Notes under the pieces: generated by a model
Seen by the model: only the letters and a program-made list of their open reading frames with translations
What the model was told of the DNA's origin: nothing
The model's database searches: none
Program-made: the position numbers and the translations under genes
In this document: positions 23,850-36,489 of the stretch, piece after piece
How positions within the stretch are numbered: the stretch's first letter is position 1
How the letters are laid out: every line of letters starts with the position of its first letter
Assembly: GCF_036365525.1 (NCBI RefSeq)
Contig: NW_027140159.1
Coordinates: 62,001 to 126,000 of the forward strand
Reading direction: 5' to 3'
DNA from: Heterodontus francisci
Taxonomy: Eukaryota
DNA length: 64,000 bases

Positions 23850-26800
23850 GTGGTAGCATTCAGTCAACTGACTGCATTCAGTCATTAAACACAAAAAATG
23901 TAATAATGCCTTTTAGAGCTGTCCTACTCACAGTGGTATTTGGCCGTGCTATTCAACTGTTACTGAATTGTATAAATATCGAAATTTAGCTTACTTGATT
24001 CAGGACTGTTCTACTTCACTCTGGGATGTGGCTGTCCAGTATAACTGTGCCATTTCAGTTATTAAATTCCAAATGGCTCGCTCAGGTCTTGTATACTGTT
24101 ATCCGAGATGTGGTTTGTCCTCCTTAACTTTGGCATTCAGTAATTCAATTACAAATTTTACAGTGCCTCTCTCAGGGCTGTTCCAGTGCACTCTGGAGTG
24201 CAGCTGTCCACTTTAACTGTCTACAATCCGTCATTGCGTTTGAAATGTAACAATGTCTCCCTCAGGCTGCTCTACTGCACTCTGGTCTGCGGCTGTCGAC
24301 TTTAACCCAGACTATACTGTTATTAAATTCCAAAGGTTATAGTGTCTCTTTGAGGACTGCTCTACTGCTCTCTGTGATGTGGATGCCATCTTTATCCGTG
24401 GACATTCAGTAACTAAATTCAAAATGTTAAAGGATATCTCTCAGAGCTGCAGTACTGCACGCTGGGATCTGACTGTCCATTTTAATTGTGACTATTCAGT
24501 ACCCAAATCACAACTGCAAGGCTGCCTTTCTCACTGCTGTTCTACTGCACTCCAGGATGCGTTTTTTCCAATGGCTTTGTTTATTCAGTAAATAAATTCT
24601 TAATGTTCGAGAGTCTCTCTCAGGGCTGCTCTATTGTGCTCTGGGGTGTGACTATCTGAGAAAACTGTGTCAATTGCGAAAATAAATTTTACATGCTCGA
24701 GCGTCTCTCTCAGGGCTGGACTACTGCGCTCTCAGCTGTGATTGTCCTATAAACCCGTGTCTATTCAGTAAATACATTCTAAATGGCAGAATGTTTTTTG
24801 TTTTTTTTCCCCTCCGGGCTGCTTTACGCTCTCTGGGATGTGGCTGTCCTCCTTAGCAAAAGACATTCATTAATTAAATTCCAAAAGGTAAGTGTCACTC
24901 TCAGAGCTGCTGTACTGCAATCTGAAATGAGGCTGCCACTTTAATTCTGTCCATTCAATAATTAAATAGCAGCTGTCAAAATGTCTTATTCAGGACGTTT
25001 GTACTGCAGCCCTGAATCCAGCTATCCGCTTTAATTCTGTCTATTCAGTAATCAAACTCCAAATGCCAGAGTGTCCTTCTCAGTACTGATCTTTGGGATG
25101 TTGCTTTCCTCTTTAACCTCTTTCCTTCAGGATCTATCCGCCAAATTGTAAATCTCTCTCTTAGGCTGTATTTACTGCACAATGAAGCGAGACTGTCCTC
25201 CTTAGTTGTGTCCATTCTGTATTTAAATTCCAATGGCTATAAAGTCACTCTCAGATCTGCTCAAATGCACCGTGGAATAAACAGGGGACAATTAGTAATT
25301 AGGCTGCACATGTTCTAGAGTATCTTTCAAGACTTATGTAGTATACTCTGCTGTGTGGCTGTCCTTTTTAACAGTCACTCTTCAGTCATTAAATTCCAAA
25401 TGTTAGAGTGTCTCTTTCGGGGCGTTTCTGCTACAATTTTGAATGTGGCTCTCCTCTATAACAGTTTCCATTCAGAAATTAAACTCCAAAAGTCAGTGTG
25501 TCTCTCTCTGGACTACTCTATTGCACTTGGGATGCGGCCTTCCTCTTTAATTGTATTCATTCAATGATTAAATTCCAATGCGACAACGCTTCAATGAGGG
25601 CTCTTCCACTGTGTTCACTGAGTTGCAAATATTAGAATATCTCTCTCAGAAATGGCCTACTGTACTCTGGGATCTGGCTGTCCCCTTTAACTGTGATCAT
25701 TCAGTAAGTAAACTTCAAACATTATAGTGCCCCTCTCTGGATTGATCTAATGCGCTCTGGGATGTGGAAATCCTCTTCAATCGTGACCATTCATTGTTTA
25801 AACTCCAAATGGTAAGTGCCTGACTCAGATTTGCTCTACTGCCCCTTTCAATGAGGCTTTCTCTTTAATTCTGTGTACTCAGTAATTAAAGTCCAAATGT
25901 TAATGTGTCGCTCCCACACTGCTCCACCGTTCTCAGCCTGCTCCATGTCTCTCTCAGATGAGGCTGACCTCTCTAACGGTAGCCATTCAGTAATTAAATT
26001 GCAGCTCTTAGATATGCGCTTTCAGGCATGCTCCTAGTGATTAGGCAGTGACTTGTGAGGCACCGCAGGGATCAGTCCCAGGAGTCCAGCTATTCATAAT
26101 ATATATTAATGATATAGATGAGGGAATTAGATGCAATATATCGAAGTTTTCAAACGACACAAAGCTGGGTCGGAGTGTGAGACGTGAGGAGAATGCAGAG
26201 AAGCTCCAGTGTGATTTGGACAGATTGAGTGAGTGGGAAAATACATGTCAGATGCAGTATCATGTGGATAAATATGACGTTATCCACTTTGGTGGCAAAC
26301 ACAGAAAGGCATATTATTATCTGGACGGCGATAGATTGGGAAAGGGGGAGGTGCAGCGAGACCTGGGTGCCCTTGTGCACCAGTCACTGAAAGTAATACT
26401 TCAGGTGCAGCAGGCAGGTAAGAAGGCAAATGATATGTTGGCCTTCATAGCAAAAGGATTCAAGTACAGGAACAAGGATGTCTTGCTGCATTCATACAAG
26501 GCTTCGGTGAGGCGACATCTGGAGTATTGTGTGCAGTTTTGTTCTCTTTATCTGAGGAAGGATGTTCTTGCTATGGAGGAAGTGCAGCGAAGGTTCACCA
26601 AACTGATTCCTGGGATGGCAGGACTGACGTATAAAGAGAGATTGGGTCGATTTGACTTGTATTCGCTAGGGTTTAGAAGAATGAGAGGGGATCTCATACA
26701 AATCTACAACATTCGAACAGGACTGGACGGACTAGACGCAGGAACGATGTTCCCGATGGCAAGAGAGTCTAGGACCAGGGGTCAGAGTCTAAGGATAAGG

Positions 26801-28702
26801 GATAAGCGATTTAGGACTGCGATGAGGAGAAATTTCTTCTCCCAGGAAGTGATGTACCTGTATAATTCTCTACCACGGAAAGCAGTTGAGGCGAAATCAT
26901 TAAATATATTCAAGGAAGAGTAGATAGCTTTCGTAGGGCTAATGGGATCAAGGGATACGGGAAGAAAGCGGGAACAGGGGTCTGAGTTTGGATGGTCAGT
27001 CATGATCATATTGAATGATGGACTAGGCTCTAAGGGCCGAAAGGTCTACTCCTGCTGCTATTTTTCTACGTTTCTATGTTTCACTCTTGGGTACAGCCCA
27101 CTTCTTTAACTGTGCACATTCGGTAATTCATCTCCAAATGTTAAAGTGTTCCCTCAGGACTGATCTACTGAACATTGGGAATGTAGCCACCCTCTTCAAC
27201 TCTGACCCATTCAGTAATTCAGTTCCAAATGTTACACTGTCTCTCTCAGAGCTGCTGCACTGCTCTCTGGGATGTATATGCGTTCTTTCACTGTGACCAT
27301 TCATTAATTAAACTCCAAATGTTAGATTATTTATAACAGGGCCTTTCAACTGCACGCTGTCCTCTTTACCTATGTTGATTCTGTAATTAATTTACAAAGG
27401 ATAGAATATCTTGCTCAGGGCTCTTCTGCTGCACTCTGGGATCTGACTGTCCTCTTTCACTTTGACTATTATGTAACTAAATCACAAATGTTAGAAGGTG
27501 GTTCCTAGAGCCGCTGTACTGCACCCTGGAATGTGGCTCTTCGCTTTAACAGTGTTAATTCAGCAATTAAGCACCATATGTTACAATGTCTCTCTCTGGA
27601 CTTCTCTACTGCACTTGGATTGTAGCTGTTCCTTTTAACTGTGACCATTCAGTAATTAAATTCTAAATGTTAGAGCGTCTCTCTTAGAAATTTTTCAAAG
27701 CTCTCTGCGATGTCACATTTCTCTTTATCTGTGGCCGTTCAGCAGCTAGATTCCAACTGTTAGAGTTTCTTTATCACAGCTGGTATTCTATAATCTTGGT
27801 CGAAGATTTCCTCTATTACTGTGTCTACTAATAATTAAATTCCAAATATTAGAATGTCTCTCTCAACACTGACCACAATGGTATGTGACTGTCCTCTTTA
27901 ACTGTGCCCATTCAGTAACTAAATTCCGAGTGTTCCAATGTCTCTTTCAGAGCTGCTCAACTGCTTTTTGGAATCTAGCTGTCCTCTTTAATGATGGTCA
28001 TTTCGTAATGAAATTCCAGTTGGTACGGTGTTTCCTTCGGACTTTACTACTGCACTCTGTAATGTGGCTGTGCTTTTAACTGTGACCATTGAGTGGAAAC
28101 TCCAGATGTTCGAATGTCCCTCTCACGACTGACATACTGAACCTTGGGATATGGTTGTCCACTTTCACAGAGTTCATTCAGTAATTAACCTTCAAATTTG
28201 AGAACGTCGCCGTCAGCGCTGATCTACTGCATTCTGTGATGGAGATGTCCTCTTTAACTGTGACTATTCAGGAATTAAATTCCAAACGTTGGAGTGTCTC
28301 TCTTAGAGCTGCTCTACTGCAGCGTGGAATTAGGCTGTCACCATTAACTGTATCCATTCAGAAAGTAAACTCCATATGTTTGAATGGCTTTCAGGACTTA
28401 TCTACTGCACTGTCGATGTAGTTGTCCTCTTCAGCTGTGTTTATTCAAAAATAAAATTCCAAATGATCTCAAGTCTCACTCGGGGATTTTCCAATGCACT
28501 CTGGGATGTAGTTGCCGTATTTAACTGTGAAAATTCATTTTATAACATTCAATTAAATTCCAAATGTTAGAGTGTATCTCAGGACTGAACTACTGCTCGC
28601 TGGGGTGTCGCTGGCCTGTTTAACTGTGACCATTTATTAATTGGATTCCAAATGTTAGCGTGTCTCTCAGAGCATCCTGGAATGAGTCTGTCCTCTTCAA
28701 CT
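23850..28702. repeat. Diverged 90-bp satellite array of about 42 units, split by a CR1 insertion
   Basis: Unit starts at 24280, 24370, 24460, 24550, 24639, 24729 and onward. By-eye consensus: CTCTGGGATGTGGCTGTCCTCTTTAACTGTGACCATTCAGTAATTAAATTCCAAATGTTAGAGTGTCTCTCTCAGGGCTGCTCTACTGCA. Confidence 0.92.
26041..27082 (+). mobile_element. 5'-truncated CR1 inserted in the 90-bp satellite
   Basis: ORF 26048-26923 (PQGSV...YIND...ISKFSNDTK...HLEYCVQF) and a (TTTCTATG)n tail. Confidence 0.92.
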
Positions 28703-30883
28703 ATCTATTTTCGCACTTTCCAAAATTGATAACACCTCCTCCTTGTGAACCTCAATCCCATCTAGTCTAATAGCCTGAATCTCAGTATTCTCCTCGACAA
28801 TTATTTCTTTCTCTACTGTATATACTGACGCAAAATATTCATTTAACACTTCCCCTATCTCCTCTGATTCCACACACAACTTCCCACTACTATCTTTGAT
28901 TGGCCCTAGTCTAACTCTAGTCATTCTTTTATTCCTGATATACCTATAGAAAGCCTTAGGGTTTTCCCTGATCCTATCCGCCAATGACTTCTCGTGTCCT
29001 CTCCTTGCTCTTCTTAGCTCTCCCTTTAGATCCTTCCTGGCTAGCTTGTAACTCTCAAGCGCCCTAACTGAGCCTTCACGTCTCATCCTAACATAAGCCT
29101 TCTTCTTCCTCTTGGCAAGCGCTTCAACTTCTTTAGTAAACCACGGCTCCCTCGCTCGACAACTTCCTCCCTGCCTGACAGGTACATACTTATCAAGGAC
29201 ACGCAGTAGCTGCTCTTTGAATAAGCTCCACATTTCGATTGTTCCCATCCCCTGCAGTTTCCTTCCCCATCCTACGCATCCCAAATCTTGCCTAATCGCA
29301 TCATAATTTCCTTTCCCCCAGCTATAATTCTTGCCCTGCGGAATATACCTGTCCCTGCCCATCGCTAAGGTAAACCTAACCGAATTGTGATCACTATCAC
29401 CAAAGTGCTCACCTACATCTAAATCTAACACCTGGCCCGGTTCATTTCCCAGTACCAAATCCAATGTGGCATCGCCCCTGGTTGACCTGTCTACATACTG
29501 TGTCAGAAAACCCTCCTGCACACACTGGACAAAAACTGACCCATCTAAAGTACTCGAACTCTAGTATTTCCAGCCGATATTTGGAAAGTTAAAGTCCCCC
29601 ATAACAACTACCCTGTTACTCTCGCCCCTGTCCAGAATCATCTTCGCTATCCTTTCCTCTATATCTCTGGAACTATTTGGAGGTCTATAAAAGACTCCCA
29701 ACAGGGTGACCTCACTTCTCCTGTTTCTAACCTCGGCCCATACTACCTCAGTAGACGAGTCCTCAAACGTCCTTGCTGTCACTGTAATACTCTCCTTGAT
29801 TAACAATGCCACACCCCCCCCCCCTTTTACCATCTTCTCTGTTCTTACTGAAACATCTAAATCCCGGAACCTGCAACATCCATTCCTGCCCCTGCTCTAC
29901 CCAGGTCTCCGAAATGGCCACTACATCGAGATCCCGGGTACCAACCCATGCTGCAAGCTCACCCATCTTATTCCGGATGCTCTTGGCGTTGAAGTAGACA
30001 CACTTTAAACCAGGTTCTTGCTTGCCAGTGCCCTCTTGCTTCCTTGTAACCTTATCCCTGACCTCACTACTCTCAACATCCTGTACACTGGAACTACAAT
30101 TTAGCTTCCCATCCCCTGCTGAATTAGTTATACCCCCCCGAAGAGCACTAGCAAATCTCTCCCCCAGGATATTCGTACCCCTCTGGTTCAGGTGAAGACC
30201 ATCCTGTTTGTAGAGGGCACACCTACCCCAGAAAGAGCCCCAGTTATCCAGGAAACCAAAACCCTCCATCCTGCACCATCCCTGCAGCCACGTGTTCCAC
30301 TCCTCTCTCTCCCTATTCCTCGCTTCGTTATCACGTGGCACGGGCAACAACCCAGAGATAACAACTCTGTTTGTTCTCGCTCTAAGCTTCCACCCTAGCT
30401 CCCTGAATTTCTGCCTTAAATCCCCATCTCTCTTCCTACCTATGTTGTTGGTGCCTATGTGGACCACGACTTGGGGCTGCTCCCCCTCCCCCTTAAGGAT
30501 ACCAAAAACACGATCCGAGACATCATGAACCCTGGCACCTGGGAGGCAACATACCAACCGTGAGTCTCTCTCGTTCCCACAGAACCTCCTATCTGTTCCC
30601 CTAACTATGGAGTCCCCAATGACTAATGCTCTGCTCCTCTTGCCTTTTCCCCTCTGAGCAACAGGGACAGACTCTGTGCCAGATACCTGTACCCCATTGC
30701 TTACCCCTGGTAAGTCGTCCCCCGCAACAGTATCCAAAACGGTATACCTGTTGTTGAGGGAAACGGCCGCAGGGGATCCCTGCACTGCGTGCTGGTTCCC
30801 TCTCCTTCCCCTGACGGTAACCCATCTACCTACTTCTTTTACCTGAGGTGTGACTACCTCCCCATAACTCCTCTCAATAACCA
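28703..30883 (-). mobile_element. Young-subfamily CR1 internal segment (part of ORF1 esterase and ORF2 endonuclease), lacking both ends
   Basis: VIGDSIVRG, VCCLPGA, HIGTN, DGLHLN, CVYFNA.SI, GVFYRPP, MGDFN and SDHN motifs. It stops abruptly at ESAKID against the satellite. Confidence 0.9.
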
Positions 30884-33800
30884 CCTGTATATCATCCTGT
30901 AATCTAAGGTTTTCCTCCTCACTATTTACGACGCCACCAATTTTCGTGTCATCTGTGAACTTACTTATCATACCTCCTATATTCATAACTCAATAATTAA
31001 TATACACTACAAACAGCAAAGACCCCAGTACCAATCCCTGTGGTACACCACTGGTCACAGGTTTCCACTCGCAAAACAAACCCTCTACCAGTACCATCTG
31101 CTTCCTGCCACCGATCCAATTTGCCAAATTGCCCTGGATCCCATGGACTCTTACCTTCTTAACCAATCTCCCATGTGGGAACTTATCAAAAGCAGTACTG
31201 AAGTCCATGGAGCCTACAACAACTGTCTTACCCTCATCTACACATCTCGTCACCTCCTCGAAAAATATAATCAAGTTAGTTAGACATGATCTCCCCCTGA
31301 CGAAGAAGCCGTGCTGACTATCCCTGATTATTCCCTGCCTTTCCAAGTGGAGATTAATCCTGTCCCTCAGAATTTTTTTCAATAGTTTCCCGACCAGTAA
31401 TGTTAGACTCACCAGCCTATAATTACCCGGTCTATCCCTGCTGCTCTTCTTGAATAATAGTACCACATTCGTTGTTATCCAGTCCTCTGGCACCTCTCCC
31501 GTGGAAAGAGAGGATCTGAAGATTTGTGTCAGAGCCCCTGCTTTCACCTCCCTTGCCTCAGACAACAGCCTGGGATACATCTCATCTGGGTCTGAGGATT
31601 TATCCACTTTTAAGCCCGCTAAAGGACCTAATATTTCTTCCCTTTCAATGTTAATATGTTCAGGTATATCGCGATCCCCCTCCCTGATCTCTACACCTAC
31701 ATCGTCCTTCTCCACAGTGAAAGCAGCTGAAAAGTAATAATTTCAAACCTCAGTATGTCCTCCGGCTCCACACACGTATTGCCACTTTGGTCCCTAATGG
31801 GCCCTACTCTTTCCCTGGTTATTATACTTATAAAACGTCTAAGGATTTCCCTTTATATTGACCACCAATGTTTTCCTGTCCTCTCTTCGCTCTCCTAATT
31901 ACTTTTATTAAGTACCCCCTACACTTTTTAAACTCCTCTAAATGCCTTAGCTCTTTTCAGCGCTCCTAACCTGCCATAAGCATCTTTTTTTTTCCTGATC
32001 CAATACTCTATATACATTGACATCCAAGGTTCCCTGGATTTGTTAGTCCTACCCATCACCTCAAAAGGCACATGTTGGCTCTGAACTCTCACTATTTTCT
32101 CTTTGAATTCCTCCCATTGGCATGCCGTAGACTTTCTTACAAGTAGCTGCTCCAAGTCCACGTTGGCCAGATCTTCTTTCCCCAAATTCAGTGCCTTTAT
32201 TTCTGGCCCGTCTTTGTCCTTTTCCATAACTACCTTAAATCTTACAGAGTTATGGTCACTATCCCTGAAATGCTCTCCCACTGATACTTCTACCACTTGT
32301 CGAGCTTCATTCCCTAGGATTAGGTCCAGTACTGCCCCTTCTCTTGTAGCATTTCTACGTACTGGCTCAAAAAGCTCTCCTGTATGCATTTTAAGAATTC
32401 TTCCCTCTTTAAGCCTTTTGCACGAAGACTATCCTAGTTGATAGTAGGTAAGTTGAAATCACCAACTATTATTCCCTATTATATTAACACCTTTCTGAGA
32501 TTTGCCTCCATATCTGTTCCTCTATCTCGCCCTGACTGTTTGGAGACCTATGGTACACGCCCAGCCGAGTGATTGGCCGCCTTTTGTTCTTAAGTTCTAC
32601 CCATAGGGCCTCATTTGAGGAACCTTCCAAGATATCATTCCTCCTTACTACAGTAATTGAATCCTTGATCAATAGTGCAACACCACATCCTATTTTATCC
32701 CCTCTCTTATCACGCCTGAAGATTCTGTACTCTGTAATATTGAGCTGCCAGTCCTGCCCCTCCCTCAGCCATGTCTCTGTGATAGCAATAATATCCCAAT
32801 CCCATGTGCTAATCAATGCCTGCAATTCATCTGCCTTATTGATAAGACTCCTTGCATTAAAGTATATGCAATCACACCTTGCATTTTCCACTCGTGCCTT
32901 AACAGGTCTATATTTGCTCTGCCTTCCAGACTGACTCAGTTTCTCTTCTGTATTTGGATGTGCCTCAGCCCCTACTGTACCTCCACTCTGTATCCCATCA
33001 CCTGCCAAATTAGTTTAACCCCCCCGCCTCCTACCCCCAACAGCACTAGCAAACCTCCCAGCAAGGGTGTTGGTCCCGCTCCAGTTCAGGTGCAACCCGT
33101 CCAACTTGTGCAGGTCCAACTTTTGCCGGAAACAGGCCAAGTGACCCAGGAACCTCAAACCCTCCATCCTGCACCATCTCCTCAGCCACGCATTCCTCTT
33201 CTCTATCTTCCTATTCCTATACTCGTTAGCACATGTCACGGGGAATAATCCAGAGATTACAACCTTTGAGGTCCTTCTTTTCAATCTGCTACCTAGCTCC
33301 CTAAATTCTTGTTGCAGGACCTCATCCCTCTTTCTACCTATGTCGTTAGTATCAATTTGTATCCCGACCTCTGACTGCTCACCCTCCCGCTTCAGAATGT
33401 CCTGCAGCTGCTCCAAGACATCCTTGACCCTAGCACCAGGGAGGCAACAGACCATCCTGGAGCTTCGTTTGCGGCCACAGAAACGCCTATCTGCACCCCG
33501 TACGATAGAATCCCCTATCACTATAGCTTTTCCACATCTTTTCATCCCTTGCTACGCAGCAGAGCCCTCCATGTTACCATGAAATTGGCTATACCTGCTT
33601 TCCCATGGGAGGCCATTCGCCCCCAAAGCGGTATATCTGTTTGAGAGGGGGATAGCCACAGGGGACACCTTCACTCCTGCCTACACCTACTACTCCGCCT
33701 GATTTCACCCATCCCTTTTCTGCCTGTGCAGTCATGCCTGTGCGGTGTGACCACCTCGCTAATCGTGCTATCCATGATTTTCTCAGCATCGCGGATGTTC

Positions 33801-34100
33801 CACAGTGGATCCAACCGCAGCTCCAGCTCCATAATGCGGGTAGACAGTATCTGCAGATGGATACACTTCCTGCACACATGATTGTCAAGGACACTGGAAG
33901 CCCCCCTGATTTCCCACATAGCGCAGGCGGCGCATAGCACTGGGCTGAGCTCTCCTGTCATGACTTACCATTAAATTAATTACTTACTACCTTAATTAAA
34001 AAATACTAATTACACTAGGGGCCTTATTCGCACCACTACAATCTAAAGTCCTTAATAAGTTACATAGAATTTTTTTATAAAACACTTTACTAGTATGCAC
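30884..34100 (-). mobile_element. CR1 with ORF1 (33015-33961) and decayed ORF2, truncated within the RT
   Basis: CAACAMWE...HVCRKC Zn finger, GDS/DGLH esterase, YFNARS, SDHN, SQHGF and KFTDDTK motifs. Confidence 0.9.
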
Positions 34101-34299
34101 CTTATCACCAGAGGTTTTATTTCGACCAAAAAAAAATCCCTTTATTTTTTCAGCTATCTAAGTGCATTAACAGCTGCTACTCACCCAACCAACCACATGG
34201 CAGATTTCCCGTGATGTCACAGTAAGTTATTTTTCAAGCATTAGCGCGCGCCCAGAGAGAGCAGGCCCACCAGCCGCCGTCACTCCTGTCTTCAGGTCA

Positions 34300-34930
34300 T
34301 GTAGAACTTTGGGGCATAATCTCACAATAAGGGCATGCTATTTTGGACTGCGATGAGGTGACATTCCATCACCAGAGGGTTATGAATCTTTGGAATTCTC
34401 TACCCAGAGGGGTGTGCGTGCTCAGTCACTGATTATATTCAAGGCTGAGATCGATAGAGATCTTTTGGAGTCCAAAGGAATGAGCGGATATGGGGATAAG
34501 CAGACAAATGGAATTGAAGATCAGCATGAGCTTATCAAATCATGGAGCAGTCCGAGGGACAGAATGGCTTACACCTGCTCATATTTCATAAGTTATAATG
34601 TTCTTATAACAGGCTGATATATTAGAAAAATCTGTAAGTGTTAAATGATAAAATGGGATAAATAGAAACAGGCTGATACCAGTCATTGATGGGGCCAGAA
34701 TGAGAGATTAGAACTGCAGAGACGTCATTACTCAAAGGCTGCGGTGGCTCAGTCACTGAGTACGTTCAAGACAAGAATTGATCGATTTAGATTGACAGAT
34801 ATCAAGGAATATGAGGAGAACGTGGGAAGATGGCACTGAGACAGAAGATCGGCCATGATCTTGTTGAATGGCGTAGCAGGTTCGAGGGGCCAAATTGACT
34901 TCTACTGATCCTATCTCTTATGTTCCTATT
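34300..34930 (+). mobile_element. Two short CR1 3' end fragments
   Basis: TGGAATTCTCTACCCAGAGGG...TTCAAGGCTGAGATCGATAGA and GGCCATGATCTTGTTGAATGGCG tail motifs. Confidence 0.7.
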
Positions 34931-35604
34931 GTGCAGATAGTTGTGGGGTTGCCGAATTCACTTCCGTGTTCAGTGCTGAAGCCTGAAATTACTTCAAGAC
35001 ACAAGATTAGCTCTGGTAGGCAGATGATGGAAAGGTGGTTGACTAGATATAGAAAAAGACTGAGTAAATGTGATCAGAACTATCTGCTGTTGGTCAGCAT
35101 GAAAGGTGACACCGATTGATTGGGCCAACTGCGCTGTTTAACTTCGATGTATTTCTATGTTAGAAAGAACAAACGATGGTGTGAATTGGCAAGTAGAATC
35201 CTGAAGTAAAAATTATCTTCGTCTATGAATGCTGTGGAGTTTACCTGAGCCGTAATATAACTGAAATATGTGTTAAATAACAGCAGGCTATTGATCAAAT
35301 GTTGAATAAAAGTGTTTTGGGTCAGGATTTCACCTTGTCTTCATTCTCTCGACAATGATATGAAATGTTTGCACTGCCATTAGCAACTCGGCAACTTGTG
35401 TGCAAAGTACTCTCCCGTTATTTCATCAAAAGCTTTCTTTACTCTCTGCTCATAACTGAAGCCTCACACCCTTCGTTTCAGCTTAACTTGGTCAACGTTT
35501 ATACACTATTAACACATTCAGTTTGACTTTTCAGTTATCTCAATGCTGTGTGTGGGACCTGGTTGTGCAAAAATTGTCCGTCAGACGTGCCTCCAAAAAC
35601 AATA

Positions 35605-36405
35605 GCGACAGGCTTGGACTGATAAGTGGCAAGTAACATTCGTGCCACACAAGTGCCAGGCAATGACCATCTCCAACAGGAGAGAATCTAACCATCTCCC
35701 CTTGACATTCAACGGCATTACCATTGCTGAATCCCCCACTATCAACATCCTAAGGGCTACCATTGACCAGAAACTGAGCTGGAGTAGCCACATAAATAGC
35801 GTGGTTACAAGAGTAGGTCAGAGGCCAGGAATCCTGCGGCGAGTAACTCACCTCCTGACTCTCAAAAGCCTGTCCACCCTCTACAAGGCACAAGTCAGGA
35901 ATGTGATGGAATACTCTCTACTTGCCCAGATGGGTGCAGCTCCAACAACACTCAAGAAGCTCGAAACCATCCAGGACAAAGCAGCCCGCTTGATTGGCAC
36001 CCCATCTACATACATTCACTGTCTCCACCACCGACGCACAGTGGCAGCAGTGTTTACCATCTACAAGATGCACTGCAGCAATGCACCAAGGCTCCTCAGA
36101 AAGCACCTTCCAAACCCACGACCTCTACCAACTAGAAGGACAAGGGCAGCAAATACATGGGAACACCACCACCTGCAAGTTCCCCTCCAACTCACACACC
36201 ATCCTGATTTGGAACTCCATCGCCGTTCCTTTACTGTCGCTTGGAACTCCCTTCCTAACAGCACTGTGGGTGTACCTACCCCACATGGACTGCAGCGGTT
36301 CAAGAAGGCAGCTCACCACCACCTTCTCAAGGGCAATTAGGGATGGGCAATAAATGATGGCCTGGCCAGCGACGCCCACATCCCATGAATAAATAATAAA
36401 AAAAT
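35605..36405 (+). mobile_element. 5'-truncated CR1/L2-group LINE 3' end, inserted in a Deu-type SINE remnant
   Basis: ORF 35642-36340 (KCQAMTIS...LYKAQVR..MEY...IQDKAARLI) and an A-rich tail. The flanks resemble the SINE piece at 53575. Confidence 0.75.
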
Positions 36406-36489
36406 AATTCATTGACTATTAGGCAATTTCGATCTGCAGTAGACATTGTGTGCTGTACAAATGGAACGTTGTCTTTCCTTTTTTCCCAC

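Noticed and set aside
23850-28702. The 90-bp consensus is open in one plus frame (LWDVAVLFNCDHSVIKFQMLECLSQGCSTA), suggesting a 30-aa repeat protein
   Set aside because: At least one of six 30-codon frames is likely to be open by chance. Real units contain many stops and frame-breaking indels, and no long ORF exists.
23850-28702. Regularly spaced repeats resembling a CRISPR array
   Set aside because: The whole unit is repeated with no unique spacers, the context is eukaryotic and there are no cas genes. The same applies to the 69-bp array.
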